Position numbers and translations under genes: made by a program. The notes beneath the pieces are model-generated. The model was not told where the DNA came from and searched no databases. It saw nothing but the letters and a program-made list of their open reading frames with translations. 64,000 nt of DNA from Candidatus Hadarchaeota archaeon. Lineage in GTDB: Archaea; CAYQAE01; CAYVLA01. The stretch covers positions 7,498 to 71,497 of the forward strand of contig CAZUNO010000003.1 in assembly GCA_964621445.1 (NCBI GenBank), in the 5' to 3' direction. Below, piece by piece: positions 47,368 to 57,910 of this stretch (positions within the stretch are counted from its first letter, which is position 1; the number at the start of each line of letters is the position of its first letter).

Positions 47368-48206
47368 GCCTTGCTGATCTTTTCATGGCATTCCAGTACG
47401 CCTTCGTGAGGAATATGTTTCTGGCTGGCGTGTTGGCCAGCATAGCCTGCGGCATCATCGGAACCTACGTGATCGTGAAGAGATTGGTGTTCATCAGCGG
47501 GGGAATAGCTCATACCTGTTTCGGGGGCATTGGCTTGGCCTACTGGCTTCAATTCGAGCCCATGCTGGGTGCCGTTCTTTTCTCCTTGGTGACCGCGGTA
47601 ACCGTGGGTATAACCAGCTTACGGACCAGGATAAGAGAGGACTCGACCATAGGAGCCCTTTGGGTGACGGGAATGGCTCTAGGAGTTATCTTCATAGACC
47701 AGGCTCCAGGTTACGTGCCGGATCCCATGAGCATTCTATTCGGGGACATCCTCCTAGTAAAGACACCCCACCTGTGGCTAATGCTTCTACTGGATATTGG
47801 CGTGGTGCTTACGGTGGCGATTTTTTATCGCCAGCTGCTGGCCATCACCTTTGACCGGGAATTTGCAGAGATCTCCGGCGTGAACACGGATGCACTGTAC
47901 GTTTTGCTTCTAAGCCTGGTAGCCCTCACCGTTGTTTTATTGCTAAAGGTGGTGGGTGTGGTGCTGGTAATCGCCTTGCTAACGCTCCCCCCCACGATTG
48001 CCGGTCTATTTACCAACAGGATGAAGAGGATGATGGGACTGGCGGTCCTGGTAGGATTGGTGGTCACCACCCTGGGTTCGACCCTATCATGGCAGTACAA
48101 TGTACCGTCTGGACCTATGATCGTGGTGGTGGCCGTCTCCGCCTTGTTACTTTCCATGGGGGCAAGGAGAGTACTGGACGAGGTTAAAAACAAGGACGAG
48201 AACTAG
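47364..48206 (+). CDS. znuB: ABC-3 family metal transporter permease (ZnuB-like)
   Basis: 8-TM permease. The ATG overlaps the upstream stop (ATGA). Confidence 0.75.
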   Translation: MSLADLFMAFQYAFVRNMFLAGVLASIACGIIGTYVIVKRLVFISGGIAHTCFGGIGLAYWLQFEPMLGAVLFSLVTAVTVGITSLRTRIREDSTIGALWVTGMALGVIFIDQAPGYVPDPMSILFGDILLVKTPHLWLMLLLDIGVVLTVAIFYRQLLAITFDREFAEISGVNTDALYVLLLSLVALTVVLLLKVVGVVLVIALLTLPPTIAGLFTNRMKRMMGLAVLVGLVVTTLGSTLSWQYNVPSGPMIVVVAVSALLLSMGARRVLDEVKNKDEN

Positions 48207-49192
48207 GCAACCCATTCCATCATGGACTTCGTTACCTCATTATTCGGTTTCCGGCCCCTTAAAAAAAGATCCAGATCCTCCACCACGGTTCTTCCCTGCC
48301 TCCAGCGCGCCTCCCGGGTCTGACCCGCAATGTGCGGTGTCATGATGGAATTTTTCCCATTCTTCCCCAGATCCTCGGGCTCGAGATCGTAAGTGTCCAG
48401 AGCACATCTAATCCTACCGGAGTTAACTTCCCGGGCCAGAGCGTCCTCATCCACCAGCTGGCTGCGGGCTGTATTCACGAAGATAGCCCCATCGGGCATT
48501 CTAGCCAGGAGCTCCTCGGTTATCATGCCCCGGTTTGCAGGTATATTTGGCGCATGCAGCGATACGACCCTTGAGCCGGACATTAGCTCCTCCAATGAAC
48601 AGGGAAACGCACCTGATTTGCGTATTTCATCCCCGGGTTTGTACGGGTCATAGACGAGAACCCGACAGGAAAAGCCTCGCAGCAAGTCAACCACCCTACG
48701 GCCGACCTCACCCATACCTATGATGCCCACGGTTCGTCCGGTGAGCTCATGCATATCTCCAAACTCAGGTCGCCCCTCACCCCCGGCTTGGACGAAGCTG
48801 TTATACCTACAGAGATACTTCAGGGAGGACAGTACTAGACCGACGGTAAATTCCGCAACTGAAACCGCTATTGCTGAGGAAGCGTTGGTAACGCAGATGC
48901 CCCGATTGAACACCTCGGGCTCGATATATGATCTAACGCTACCCGCAGCGTGGGAGATTATCTCCAGGATCTCCGCCTTTTCCAGAACATGCCGAGTCAC
49001 TTTGGGCGAACCCCAGGAGGTGATTAATCCTCGATGCTCTGCAATGATTTCTGAAAGTTCCTCCTGTTCCATGTCTCCGGGGCCCTGGTAGTAGGTCACC
49101 CGGGCGAAGGACTCGAGCCTGGCGAGCGCATCCTTGTCAAATAGTCTTTCCTGAAGCGAAGGGCTTACAGCCATGAGTATCTTTGGTCCCAT
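48203..49192 (-). CDS. D-isomer-specific 2-hydroxyacid dehydrogenase (glyoxylate/hydroxypyruvate reductase or PGDH-like)
   Basis: GIIGMGEVGRRV Rossmann motif and a catalytic His in PHIAGQT. Confidence 0.8.
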   Translation of the reverse strand: MGPKILMAVSPSLQERLFDKDALARLESFARVTYYQGPGDMEQEELSEIIAEHRGLITSWGSPKVTRHVLEKAEILEIISHAAGSVRSYIEPEVFNRGICVTNASSAIAVSVAEFTVGLVLSSLKYLCRYNSFVQAGGEGRPEFGDMHELTGRTVGIIGMGEVGRRVVDLLRGFSCRVLVYDPYKPGDEIRKSGAFPCSLEELMSGSRVVSLHAPNIPANRGMITEELLARMPDGAIFVNTARSQLVDEDALAREVNSGRIRCALDTYDLEPEDLGKNGKNSIMTPHIAGQTREARWRQGRTVVEDLDLFLRGRKPNNEVTKSMMEWVA

Positions 49193-49259
49193 GTCCAGAT
49201 CCCTTGCACTTCTTTCTATTAACCGTAATTGGAAAAGGAGGGGTCGGGCAGCGAGAGAC

Positions 49260-51620
49260 CTACCTTTGTCTCCTTCTCAGCCAGGTCTCTGCAACACCTA
49301 TGCCCCGATATTCGCCAACCATGGACCAGACCAGGGTTAATGATCCCCCCTCGGTTGCCTCTCTGGGTAATTCGAAAACGAACTGCTTGGGCTGTTTTGG
49401 AATTTCCATTGGTCCGTGGACCTCGATACCACTGTTGGCGTCCAACTTTAACCTCGTGGTGTGTCTGTATCCCCCATAAGTTACCGTCAGCTCGTAAACC
49501 GAAACGGGATCGAGGTTCTCGTAACGCATCTTCAAGGGGGCTCCCCAAAGGGTGTTTATCTGTCTCCTCCAGGACAGCCTGCCACCTTTGGCCTTCTCAA
49601 AATCGAATGCCAGGGCCGGCCTCTCCACCCTGCCGGGATCCTCCTCCCAATCGATTTCCCTGACCAGGTGGGGTTGTTCCTCCGGGTTCCCTAGGTCGTC
49701 GTAAAACCCTCCAGGACCGGCGTCCTTCCAGTTAATCACCTGGTCCACGACCCGCGGGGTCTCCTCATCATTCCCGCTATCCAAAAGGGGTTCTAACTTG
49801 GCGGTAATCCATTCGGAATTATTCAGTGGCTCGTCGAGAAAGTCAAGAATGTCAGCTCTTTGCCGTCCTGCACCGTACTTCCTGCCCAGTTTCATGCCTA
49901 TATTCTGATTTAGTGAAGCAGCCAGAGCTTCGACCCTTTTTCTCAGATCGGTGTCTCCCCCTCTTCGACCAATGATATCCAGGCACGATCTTAGCGAATC
50001 CACCGATACCTTGCCAGAAAGTTCCTTGAGAGCTTTTTTCTCCAGCTCGTGTTCCTCTTCAAGTTTCCCCTTCACGTATGCATCGAGGTAAGCTCTCAGC
50101 ACAAGGAGCTGGAACCGCCAGTTATTCTTCACCGTCTGGGGAGCATCTCGCTCTATCTCACGCCACAATTCGAGAGTGGCTTCAACTGACTCGTTGGTCA
50201 GAAGACTTCCTTTCCAGTTTTGTTCCAGGGCCAAGATGCCCCTTGCCATCTCACCGTTCATGCGGCCTCCCATCAGGTACCGCGAATAATCCGTTAATAT
50301 CTCCATCAAAGGGGTGTCGGGGTCCCAGTCCAGGGCGCTCCAAAGTATCTTGTTCAGGTCATCGTTCACACCATCTGAATATGTGACACTACCGCAGAAG
50401 TTCTCGGCGTACAGGTTATGGATATGCTTATGATCCCTGGGACGGGGGTTGGGACACTCCCGGCCCTCAATTAGGGCATATGCGTGGTCCCAATCAGGGG
50501 CCTGGTATTGACACCTTACCGAGTGGCATATATCCGGGTAATTCCGTACCTGGTAATCCCCGGGAAGCCTTTCTCGCATGGTCTCCACCTTCTGGGTTGC
50601 CCATGGAGAATAAACGAGGCCCCCCAGCCAACTCGGCATATGTTCCTCGATATACTGGTATAGGTAATCATTTTCCCGTGGAGTGAACATCTGGTTGGAA
50701 ACCCAAATCTTGGCCTGGGGATGATTTTCCCGGAGTATTGGTGCTAGCTTTCCGGCCAGCTCCATCATCGTCCTTGCCCAGGGCTGACATTTCTCGCATT
50801 CGCATCCTCCAGGGTCCCCGCCAGGTATGAATACGTGATCTATCCTCTCCAAAGCTCCGAAAAGCTTACGCCTTGATTCCAGTAGTGCCTTTAGACCATT
50901 TGAGGTTGAAGGACAGAGGCGTTCACCGGGTTTGAAACCTTCAATTTCCTGACCCTCGAGAACCGTGTCATTCATGGGCATCCAAACATGGACCTGGAGA
51001 TCATAGGAGTCCAATATCCTCGATAGGTCTTTTGCCATTTGCCAGGCCTTACGCCCGAACCCAGCTTCGTTGATTACCTCCTTGGACGTAGACGGTGCTA
51101 TGAGTTCTATGCTGTTGGCTCCCCAGGCCACGAGGTCCCTTATATACTGCTCGTATTCCTCCGTTCCCCAGGAATCGTAGGTGTTGCTCTTGCGACGATA
51201 GCCAATCTGATGGCCTCTCATGGGGTACTGGGGATTACTATGAAGGGAGAAATCGTGTTCTACCCCCACGCCACCGATGGAATATACCATCCTTCTCAGA
51301 AGACGGCCCACCCCGAAGAGAAGTCCCCTGGAATCCGATCCAAGCACCCAGACCAGATTCCTGTCGCCATCAGCGCCAATGAAGTACCCCTCGGGTTCCA
51401 CCGGGCAATTTTCGGTCCCAACTTCCTGGCCTAGATACCCCGGTTGATCCCTGGTTCCTAGTGCAATAACCGGCCGGGAATCATCACCCTCCCAATCTCC
51501 TAGACGTACTCCGGTTCTCCTCTCAATCTCCTCCACCAGCATCTGTTTTGCCTTGGGTCCTGGTTTATCTTCGAAGAAAAGACGAACGCAGGCTTCGCTC
51601 AGATCGAATTCCCTCTCCAT
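49260..51620 (-). CDS. Large hypothetical protein, possibly a glycoside-hydrolase-like TIM-barrel enzyme with an N-terminal domain
   Basis: 786 aa with no signal peptide. Segments such as GHQIGYRRKSNTYDSWGTEEYEQYIRDLVAWGANSIELI resemble GH N-domain/TIM-barrel junctions of NAGLU or alpha-glucuronidase-like enzymes. The family was not confidently recognised. Confidence 0.35.
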   Translation of the reverse strand: MEREFDLSEACVRLFFEDKPGPKAKQMLVEEIERRTGVRLGDWEGDDSRPVIALGTRDQPGYLGQEVGTENCPVEPEGYFIGADGDRNLVWVLGSDSRGLLFGVGRLLRRMVYSIGGVGVEHDFSLHSNPQYPMRGHQIGYRRKSNTYDSWGTEEYEQYIRDLVAWGANSIELIAPSTSKEVINEAGFGRKAWQMAKDLSRILDSYDLQVHVWMPMNDTVLEGQEIEGFKPGERLCPSTSNGLKALLESRRKLFGALERIDHVFIPGGDPGGCECEKCQPWARTMMELAGKLAPILRENHPQAKIWVSNQMFTPRENDYLYQYIEEHMPSWLGGLVYSPWATQKVETMRERLPGDYQVRNYPDICHSVRCQYQAPDWDHAYALIEGRECPNPRPRDHKHIHNLYAENFCGSVTYSDGVNDDLNKILWSALDWDPDTPLMEILTDYSRYLMGGRMNGEMARGILALEQNWKGSLLTNESVEATLELWREIERDAPQTVKNNWRFQLLVLRAYLDAYVKGKLEEEHELEKKALKELSGKVSVDSLRSCLDIIGRRGGDTDLRKRVEALAASLNQNIGMKLGRKYGAGRQRADILDFLDEPLNNSEWITAKLEPLLDSGNDEETPRVVDQVINWKDAGPGGFYDDLGNPEEQPHLVREIDWEEDPGRVERPALAFDFEKAKGGRLSWRRQINTLWGAPLKMRYENLDPVSVYELTVTYGGYRHTTRLKLDANSGIEVHGPMEIPKQPKQFVFELPREATEGGSLTLVWSMVGEYRGIGVAETWLRRRQR

Positions 51621-51681
51621 GATCTATCCTCCACGGTCACCGCTCTTCAATGAAACACATGTTTATCCTCCAAGGTATTGT

Positions 51682-51903
51682 TTATTCAAAGACCCTTACG
51701 CTAGGAAGAATGCTCATCCTGATATAGAGAAGGAAAAGGCCACCGAAAAGTATCAACACGCCCCAGGGAACGAACTTCCAACGCTCCGCCATGTCAGGTA
51801 AGGCCAAACCGAGAAGAAGAACCCCGACCACGAGCAGTACCAGGCCCATAAGGACGGGAAGCACTTTCTGGGTCCCTGACCAGGGTTCAAGGGCTTCCTT
51901 CAT
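51682..51903 (-). CDS. Small membrane protein, terminal gene of the hydrogenase operon
   Basis: 73 aa, two TM helices, co-oriented with a 4-bp overlap to the upstream gene. Confidence 0.4.
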   Translation of the reverse strand: MKEALEPWSGTQKVLPVLMGLVLLVVGVLLLGLALPDMAERWKFVPWGVLILFGGLFLLYIRMSILPSVRVFE

Positions 51904-52175
51904 TCCTCAGCATCCCCCGATTTCATTGATTCCATGGCCTTCTTCACGACCTCAATGGCCTGTACCAGGTTTTCCCCCTCCTTGACCGGTCTCACCACCA
52001 GATCCAGCTCCCTGATAGCCTCAATCATCCCCTCCGAATATATGGGTATATCGATCTTGACCGGCTCGTCCAAAGGATTACCAACCACAACGTCCCTGTA
52101 GGGCAGGTCGGCCACGGGCTCGCATATGTATCCTCCTAGATTTATGACCTTGCCCGGTTCAAAGTAATACTTCAT
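51900..52175 (-). CDS. Small hydrophilic hydrogenase-operon protein (EchD/EhbP-like position)
   Basis: 91 aa, no cofactor motifs. Translationally coupled between the NuoH-like gene and the terminal membrane protein. Confidence 0.4.
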   Translation of the reverse strand: MKYYFEPGKVINLGGYICEPVADLPYRDVVVGNPLDEPVKIDIPIYSEGMIEAIRELDLVVRPVKEGENLVQAIEVVKKAMESMKSGDAEE

Positions 52176-53194
52176 CAGACGAAACCTCCTATGGTCATCA
52201 CAAAGGTGAAGAACCCGACCAGGGTAAGGGCGATCGACAGCGGGATGAGCTGCCTAAAGGTCAGTATGGGACTGAAAGCGCTGAGAATTGACATGGCCAC
52301 TGGCAGTATGAGGACCAGTAACAGGTGCAAAAGCAAGGCCACCTCATCCAGAGGGTTCAGCGGGATGCCAAGATATAGGGTAACAAATATGCTGGAAACG
52401 GCAAACATGACCAGGGCCCGCATGAGATAGTAACTAGCCCTCCAGCTGGAGGCCAGCTCCATCATAGGTCCCTCCAGGATGTCCGCCTTGGCCTTACCAA
52501 TGGAGAACGGATATTCGTTAAGGATGGCCACGTATCCGAAAAAGAAGACTATGGCCCCGATAATCCCCGGAACGGTTAATATGAAGGGGTTTCCCCCAGA
52601 TTGGGCATTGATAATATCCAGGATGTTTATCGATCTGGTGTAGGCAACCGGTATGAAAAGTGCCACGTAAAGGGGAAGAGAGGCTAGCATTATCATCTTC
52701 CACATTCTCACGGATCCCCAGTTCTCAAGGGTTGACCTCGCCGCCTGAGGCCACTTGGACCCCTTTGCGGTGTCCGGATATGGAAGCCTGACCGATAGAA
52801 TGTTGGATGAGAGGTAGCCCATGACCACGTATACGAATTCCTCCACCTTGAGCAGCCCGATAATTGCCACCAAGCTACCAAGCCCCAGGATATCCGACCA
52901 CTGGGGAGTGAGGAAAAGCACCACGAAGTAAACGGACCCAATGCCCACGAAGGGGCTCCACTTGTAGAGCGTGGGCATGGAGGATGTAATTATGGGCTTG
53001 TGCTTGAAGATAAACTTGAAAATGCTGAAGAAACCCGGGGTTAGGATACCGGGACCAATTCTCTGCTGGATTCGGGCCTGGATTTTTCTCTCAATCCCCG
53101 GTAACACCGTTGCATAAAGCATGGAAACCATGGGTATTCCAAATGAAGCGATGAGAACGCCGCCAATGAAATCTGGATCGGTTAACCAGTCCAT
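52175..53194 (-). CDS. ehbO: Energy-converting hydrogenase integral membrane subunit (NuoH/EchB-like)
   Basis: 339 aa, 8 TM, NuoH-like. Immediately downstream of the large subunit. Confidence 0.75.
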   Translation of the reverse strand: MDWLTDPDFIGGVLIASFGIPMVSMLYATVLPGIERKIQARIQQRIGPGILTPGFFSIFKFIFKHKPIITSSMPTLYKWSPFVGIGSVYFVVLFLTPQWSDILGLGSLVAIIGLLKVEEFVYVVMGYLSSNILSVRLPYPDTAKGSKWPQAARSTLENWGSVRMWKMIMLASLPLYVALFIPVAYTRSINILDIINAQSGGNPFILTVPGIIGAIVFFFGYVAILNEYPFSIGKAKADILEGPMMELASSWRASYYLMRALVMFAVSSIFVTLYLGIPLNPLDEVALLLHLLLVLILPVAMSILSAFSPILTFRQLIPLSIALTLVGFFTFVMTIGGFV

Positions 53195-53196
53195 CG

Positions 53197-54405
53197 TTAC
53201 TGCCTCCTCATATCCTCCACGCTCATGATCCTCTCATCTCCCCTCTCATCAACCACCACGAATCTGTTGCAGCAGGTCAAACAAGGATCACAACTGGCTA
53301 GAGTAACCACGCCGTCGGTGAGTTGATCCCCTATACACGCAACTTCCATGGTGGCCAGGTTGGTCATGGTCGGTGTTCTGACTATGTAGTGATTGATCTT
53401 ACCCAGAGCATTCAGGGAATACGAATGGTATAGCTCACCACGAGGGACCTCCGTATATCCATGTTGCATCTCCATGGCCCCCGTCTCCCAGTCCCTGTTC
53501 AGAACCTGATCGTCCCCCATGGCCATTTCAACGCACTGCTTTGCGATATCCAGGGAGACAAAACACTCCAGGGCCCTGGTCTTAATTCGTGCCGCGTTGT
53601 CGCCCTCGTCGAGAACGACCATCTCCCAATCGAAGTTCTCGTACTCATACATGTGGGTCCGATGATCAAATTCCAGGCCCGAGGCCCTTCCCGTGGGCCC
53701 GTTTGCGTGGTACTTCTTGGCCATATCCCTGTCACAGAGCCCGACTTCGCTCAGCCTGGACATGACCATCACGTCGGATAATACACGGTCCACGAATTCC
53801 TTCAACTTTGCCTCCAGATCGTCCATGGCCGCCAGTATCTTCTTGCCCTTCCATTCCGGGATCTGTGTTCTGGGCCTCACCCCGCCGAGGACCGGTATGG
53901 AATAGTGTACTCGATTTCCGGAGATCATGTACAATAGCTGCATGACCGGCTCTCTCATCAGGAAGGTCCGGTAGGCAAATGTCTCATGGCCCAGGACCTC
54001 ACAAGCATGGGCTATGAAGATAAGGTGGCTATGCAGCCTCTCCAGTTCCTGGCCCAGAACCCGTATGGCCACTGCTGCCTCGGGTGGCTCTATTCCCAGG
54101 CCGATCTCGGCTGTACGCACGGAGTTGAAAAGATGGCCATGGCTGCAGATTCCGCATATACGCTCGGTGATTATATTCGCCTTTTCCACCCGCATGCCCT
54201 GCAGTATTCTCTCTATACCTCTGTGAGCCGGGTCCACCTCGATTTCGCAGTCCCGAATTATCTCGTCCTCAACGAAATACCTGGTCCTATAGGGTTCAAG
54301 CAACGCGGAGTGGTTGAAACCTATGGGAACCTCGGTCTCGAAGGTTTTTTCCCTCGACCTGCCCTTTCCCATGAATTCGGCATATGGATCATCTTCGGTA
54401 GCCAT
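53197..54405 (-). CDS. ehbN: Group 4 [NiFe] hydrogenase large subunit
   Basis: N-terminal RICGICSHGH (RxCGxCxxxH) and C-terminal DPCLTCCNR (DPCxxCxxR) Ni-Fe ligating motifs. NuoD-like length, 402 aa. Confidence 0.9.
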   Translation of the reverse strand: MATEDDPYAEFMGKGRSREKTFETEVPIGFNHSALLEPYRTRYFVEDEIIRDCEIEVDPAHRGIERILQGMRVEKANIITERICGICSHGHLFNSVRTAEIGLGIEPPEAAVAIRVLGQELERLHSHLIFIAHACEVLGHETFAYRTFLMREPVMQLLYMISGNRVHYSIPVLGGVRPRTQIPEWKGKKILAAMDDLEAKLKEFVDRVLSDVMVMSRLSEVGLCDRDMAKKYHANGPTGRASGLEFDHRTHMYEYENFDWEMVVLDEGDNAARIKTRALECFVSLDIAKQCVEMAMGDDQVLNRDWETGAMEMQHGYTEVPRGELYHSYSLNALGKINHYIVRTPTMTNLATMEVACIGDQLTDGVVTLASCDPCLTCCNRFVVVDERGDERIMSVEDMRRQ

Positions 54406-54851
54406 CAGTCGGACCTCGCAGAAAGTATCTTGATCGCCGTTGCAGCTGTAGATATTATGTCCCGGGGGCGTGGTGGACAGCCAGGGACCTTGGCGTCGAC
54501 CGGTATTATCTCTTCAACCGGGCCCGCCAGTTCCCAGCTTGATCCAAGGTCGCCTCCCAGATTCTTGTACACGTTTCCATTTATGGCACAGGCACCAACC
54601 GCAGCCACGACCTTGGGCTCCGGTATCGCTTCGTATATCTCCTTCAACGCGGGTGCTATCTTTTTGGTAACCGGGCCGGTCACCAGTAAAACGTCAGCCT
54701 CTCTCGGATTCCAGGTGAGCAAGACGTTGTACTGCTCCAAATCGTGGACCGGGGAAAACATGGAGGCTACTATCTCTATATCACAGCCATTACATCCGCC
54801 GGTGTAGACCACCATGACATGAATTGAACGCTTTCTGGCCAGGGATTTCAT
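54405..54851 (-). CDS. ehbM: [NiFe] hydrogenase small subunit (NuoB-like)
   Basis: Four Cys for the proximal [4Fe-4S] cluster (GGCNGC...GACA...VPGCPP). 148 aa. Confidence 0.9.
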   Translation of the reverse strand: MKSLARKRSIHVMVVYTGGCNGCDIEIVASMFSPVHDLEQYNVLLTWNPREADVLLVTGPVTKKIAPALKEIYEAIPEPKVVAAVGACAINGNVYKNLGGDLGSSWELAGPVEEIIPVDAKVPGCPPRPRDIISTAATAIKILSARSD

Positions 54852-55378
54852 TCCACTTCCTCCTGGTCTATTATGGTGCTGGCCTCATCGGCAAGAAGCC
54901 TCTGTATCTCAGCCATCTTGTTATCGGGTATCTTTACGGGTATCTCCAAGAGCTCCGTGGGGTCCTTGGTCAGGTCGGATAGGTCCCTTGGATTGGCCAC
55001 CTCTCTGGGGTGGATGGTGGCCGGGAGCCCAAATAAGGCGGTTACCGGACAGTTGTCGTGGCACTGGAAACAGTAGATGCACCTCATGGTATCGATCCTT
55101 GGTATGCTCTTCTTAACGTAACCGGGAAGTATCTCAACCGGTTCATCTATGGGAACCATCTCAATGCAGTCCATGGGGCACACATTGGCACAAGCACCAC
55201 ATCCCAGACAACCGTCAACGTTCTCCAGCTGATTAGGTTTAACCGAGCCCGTTAGTATCTCCTTTCTAAGATCCATGCTGGTGGCTCGATCATACCCGAA
55301 TAATAACCTGGAAAGATTCGTGTAGATCCCCTTGAGGAACACCCTGAGGAAACTGGATAATGACATGCCTCGCATCAC
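54848..55378 (-). CDS. ehbL: 2x[4Fe-4S] ferredoxin subunit (NuoI/EchF-like)
   Basis: [12 protein letters not shown] and [12 protein letters not shown]. Confidence 0.8.
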   Translation of the reverse strand: MMRGMSLSSFLRVFLKGIYTNLSRLLFGYDRATSMDLRKEILTGSVKPNQLENVDGCLGCGACANVCPMDCIEMVPIDEPVEILPGYVKKSIPRIDTMRCIYCFQCHDNCPVTALFGLPATIHPREVANPRDLSDLTKDPTELLEIPVKIPDNKMAEIQRLLADEASTIIDQEEVE

Positions 55379-56751
55379 CTCTCTCCAAGTTCAACTCCGT
55401 TATCGAATTTTCTCCATACCCTTATGGCATTCACCGGACATATATGGCCGCAGGCTCCGCAATGCACGCACTTCTCGGGGTCGACGTTAATATCTTCGTC
55501 TATGGCGTCATGGGGACAGTTCTGGACACAGAGCATACATTGCACGCATAGATCCTTGTCAACCTTGGTCTCTCCCTCCACAACCTCCTTCTTCGGCAGG
55601 TTGGTGAGAATTGGTATGGCATCGTACGGACAATAGGATGCACATGTCTCGCAGAGTATGCATTTATCGAGATCGACCTTTACATTCTCGCCGGGCGATA
55701 GGGTAATGGCCCCGGTGGGACATACCTGAGAACAGGTACCGCACCTGGTACAGGCGTCAGTAACCGACCCATCCCATTTCACCCTGGCAAAGGATATGGC
55801 GTCCTCCGGGCATTCCTTGATACATTTCCCACATAATATGCAGGTGCCCTTGTAGATGCCGTTCTCCTCATGTCTAATATCCATGGGGCAGACATCGATA
55901 CACCTGCCACACTTTACGCAGACGCTGGGATCATTGAGGTACTTGCCCCTCTCCTCATAGATGGCCCTGGTAGGACAGCTCAATTCGCAGATGCCGCAGT
56001 TCGCACACCAGGTTATGGTTCCCTGTATCTCCTCGTCCTGAGGCGGCCTAATCTTTACTTCCCCATCCTCCACATAGATGGCTCCCTGCGGGCACTCGGG
56101 GATGCACTTTAGGCAGTTGGTACATCTTCTGAGCATCTCGTAGTTATCCAGGTCGATGGCGTTGAAGGGGCATACATCCACACATCGGCCACATCTTGTG
56201 CAACCCTCGGTCTCTATATCAAGGCTTATGGCCGAGGCAGGGCATATGATCTCGCAGCGGCCGCACTTAACGCACTTCTCCTCGTCAATGGTGATGCTTC
56301 TCTTCTTGATCTCGCCTTTGGGCTCCTCTTCCTTACGGAGGTCCTCCTTGATCTCCTCGGCCGTCTTCTCAATATAGGCCAGGTCCATCAGCTTGTCCAC
56401 GAGTTCCTCCTTTCTGTATTTCAGGAACCCTCCACCATCGACCCTGGCATTTACTGGACAGACATCCACGCACTTACCACATCTGCTGCAGATGCCGATT
56501 GGATAGGGATCCATCCTGATTATATTCATTGGGCACACTGCTTTGCAGAGGCCACACTGGGTACACTTCTCCTTATCGACCACGAACCCGCCGTACTTGT
56601 TCATGGTTATTGCTTTGGTGGGACAGATATCTGCACACATTCCACAGGTAATGCAGCTCACAACCCTCCCACCTACCTCCATTATGGCCTGGGTTGGGCA
56701 TTCTCGTATGCAGGCACCGCAGTTAGTGCAATCGGAGGTGGTCACGAACAT
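55375..56751 (-). CDS. ehbK: Polyferredoxin with 14 [4Fe-4S] binding motifs
   Basis: Fourteen CxxCxxCxxxCP motifs were counted in 458 aa, from CTNCGACIRECP through CVHCGACGHICP. Confidence 0.85.
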   Translation of the reverse strand: MFVTTSDCTNCGACIRECPTQAIMEVGGRVVSCITCGMCADICPTKAITMNKYGGFVVDKEKCTQCGLCKAVCPMNIIRMDPYPIGICSRCGKCVDVCPVNARVDGGGFLKYRKEELVDKLMDLAYIEKTAEEIKEDLRKEEEPKGEIKKRSITIDEEKCVKCGRCEIICPASAISLDIETEGCTRCGRCVDVCPFNAIDLDNYEMLRRCTNCLKCIPECPQGAIYVEDGEVKIRPPQDEEIQGTITWCANCGICELSCPTRAIYEERGKYLNDPSVCVKCGRCIDVCPMDIRHEENGIYKGTCILCGKCIKECPEDAISFARVKWDGSVTDACTRCGTCSQVCPTGAITLSPGENVKVDLDKCILCETCASYCPYDAIPILTNLPKKEVVEGETKVDKDLCVQCMLCVQNCPHDAIDEDINVDPEKCVHCGACGHICPVNAIRVWRKFDNGVELGER

Positions 56752-57056
56752 CAGTTACCACTCCCCGCTGCTTTGCCTCTCCTTCCAAGGATCTCTCTGC
56801 CGGCGACAAGACCCAGGATGGAGAATAGAAAGGCACCGGAAAGACCGGGCCACAAGGACGTAGAATCCAAAACGACCGTGTCCAGGCGGTAGAAGTGGAA
56901 GTCATATGCTCCATAAAGAAACACGGCCGCTAGAATGCCGAATAAGTAACCTACCCGAACCCTTCCCTCAGAGGTTGTGGAACGGAGCCGGGATCCCAGT
57001 AGAGCCCCGAAAATGAAGGCCAGGACTATCTCACCCACGGGGACAAGGATATTCAA
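56751..57056 (-). CDS. Small integral membrane subunit of the hydrogenase complex
   Basis: 101 aa, 3 TM. Operon member. Confidence 0.45.
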   Translation of the reverse strand: MNILVPVGEIVLAFIFGALLGSRLRSTTSEGRVRVGYLFGILAAVFLYGAYDFHFYRLDTVVLDSTSLWPGLSGAFLFSILGLVAGREILGRRGKAAGSGN

Positions 57057-57910
57057 CTCTTCTTCGCCTCCGTGAGAACTAGAATCAGGGTGGAAAGCCC
57101 ACCCAGAACCTTCAGTAATATTGCAATATTGAGAAAAGGAATAAGGCCAGGGCCTTCGTAGGGCCGATTCGGGGCATCAGGATAGTTCAACTCCGCGTTC
57201 ACGCCGGTATCGGCGGGTGAGTGGTAGCTCTCTACGATGCTATCCTCGATGACATCGGTATAGCCAAGATTGGATCCCGTATTGTATAGGAAAAATCCGG
57301 TGGTCAGGACTCCTACCAGGCCCAGTGTAAGGAAGGTCAAAGCACCTATGGTTTCCAGGGAGGAGAGAGCCCCGTGCTTTAGATCTATCGGATTGCGCTT
57401 CAGTCCATAGGCCACGACCCCTAGAAGATAGGCCGAGGCCACTATTGACCCGCCCTGGAAGCCTCCTCCCGGCGTGATGTGGCCTCCCAGGGTAATCACT
57501 ATGCCGTAGGCAGCGATAACCACTATGAGGGGGTAACTAAATATTTTGATTATCACCGAATCGTGAGCTTCGGAGAGTCCCTGCCCGTGCTCCTCGGCCT
57601 TTTCCTTGGCCTTTTGCAGGGCACCCCTTCCAAAGAGCATGGAGGTCACAACCACCCCGGTGACCAGGACAAGCGCCTCTCCAAGGGTGTCAAAGCCTCT
57701 CCAGTCAAATAACACAACCGTGACCTGGTTTGGGGCAATATAGACACCAAGGTAGTTATACATCCGGGAAACGTACATCCTGAGCCCTGTATCCGAGGAC
57801 ACCTCGGCCAGCCTCAGCGTCTCTCGGAATAGAAGACCGCCGAAACCGGCCACCAGTATCATGATAATTAGGGATCTAGCAATGCCCCGTTTCATCCCGA
57901 CCACGACCAC
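57053..57910 (-). CDS. MrpB/MnhB-domain membrane subunit
   Basis: TPGGGFQGG signature and an FDWRGFDTLGE motif of the MnhB domain. Confidence 0.6.
   Translation of the reverse strand: MVVVGMKRGIARSLIIMILVAGFGGLLFRETLRLAEVSSDTGLRMYVSRMYNYLGVYIAPNQVTVVLFDWRGFDTLGEALVLVTGVVVTSMLFGRGALQKAKEKAEEHGQGLSEAHDSVIIKIFSYPLIVVIAAYGIVITLGGHITPGGGFQGGSIVASAYLLGVVAYGLKRNPIDLKHGALSSLETIGALTFLTLGLVGVLTTGFFLYNTGSNLGYTDVIEDSIVESYHSPADTGVNAELNYPDAPNRPYEGPGLIPFLNIAILLKVLGGLSTLILVLTEAKKS

Noticed and set aside
53197-55378. Possibility that the hydrogenase-like genes are a non-catalytic Nuo/Fpo-type complex
   Set aside because: The large subunit retains both N-terminal and C-terminal Cys pairs for the NiFe site, and the small subunit has the four Cys of the proximal cluster.
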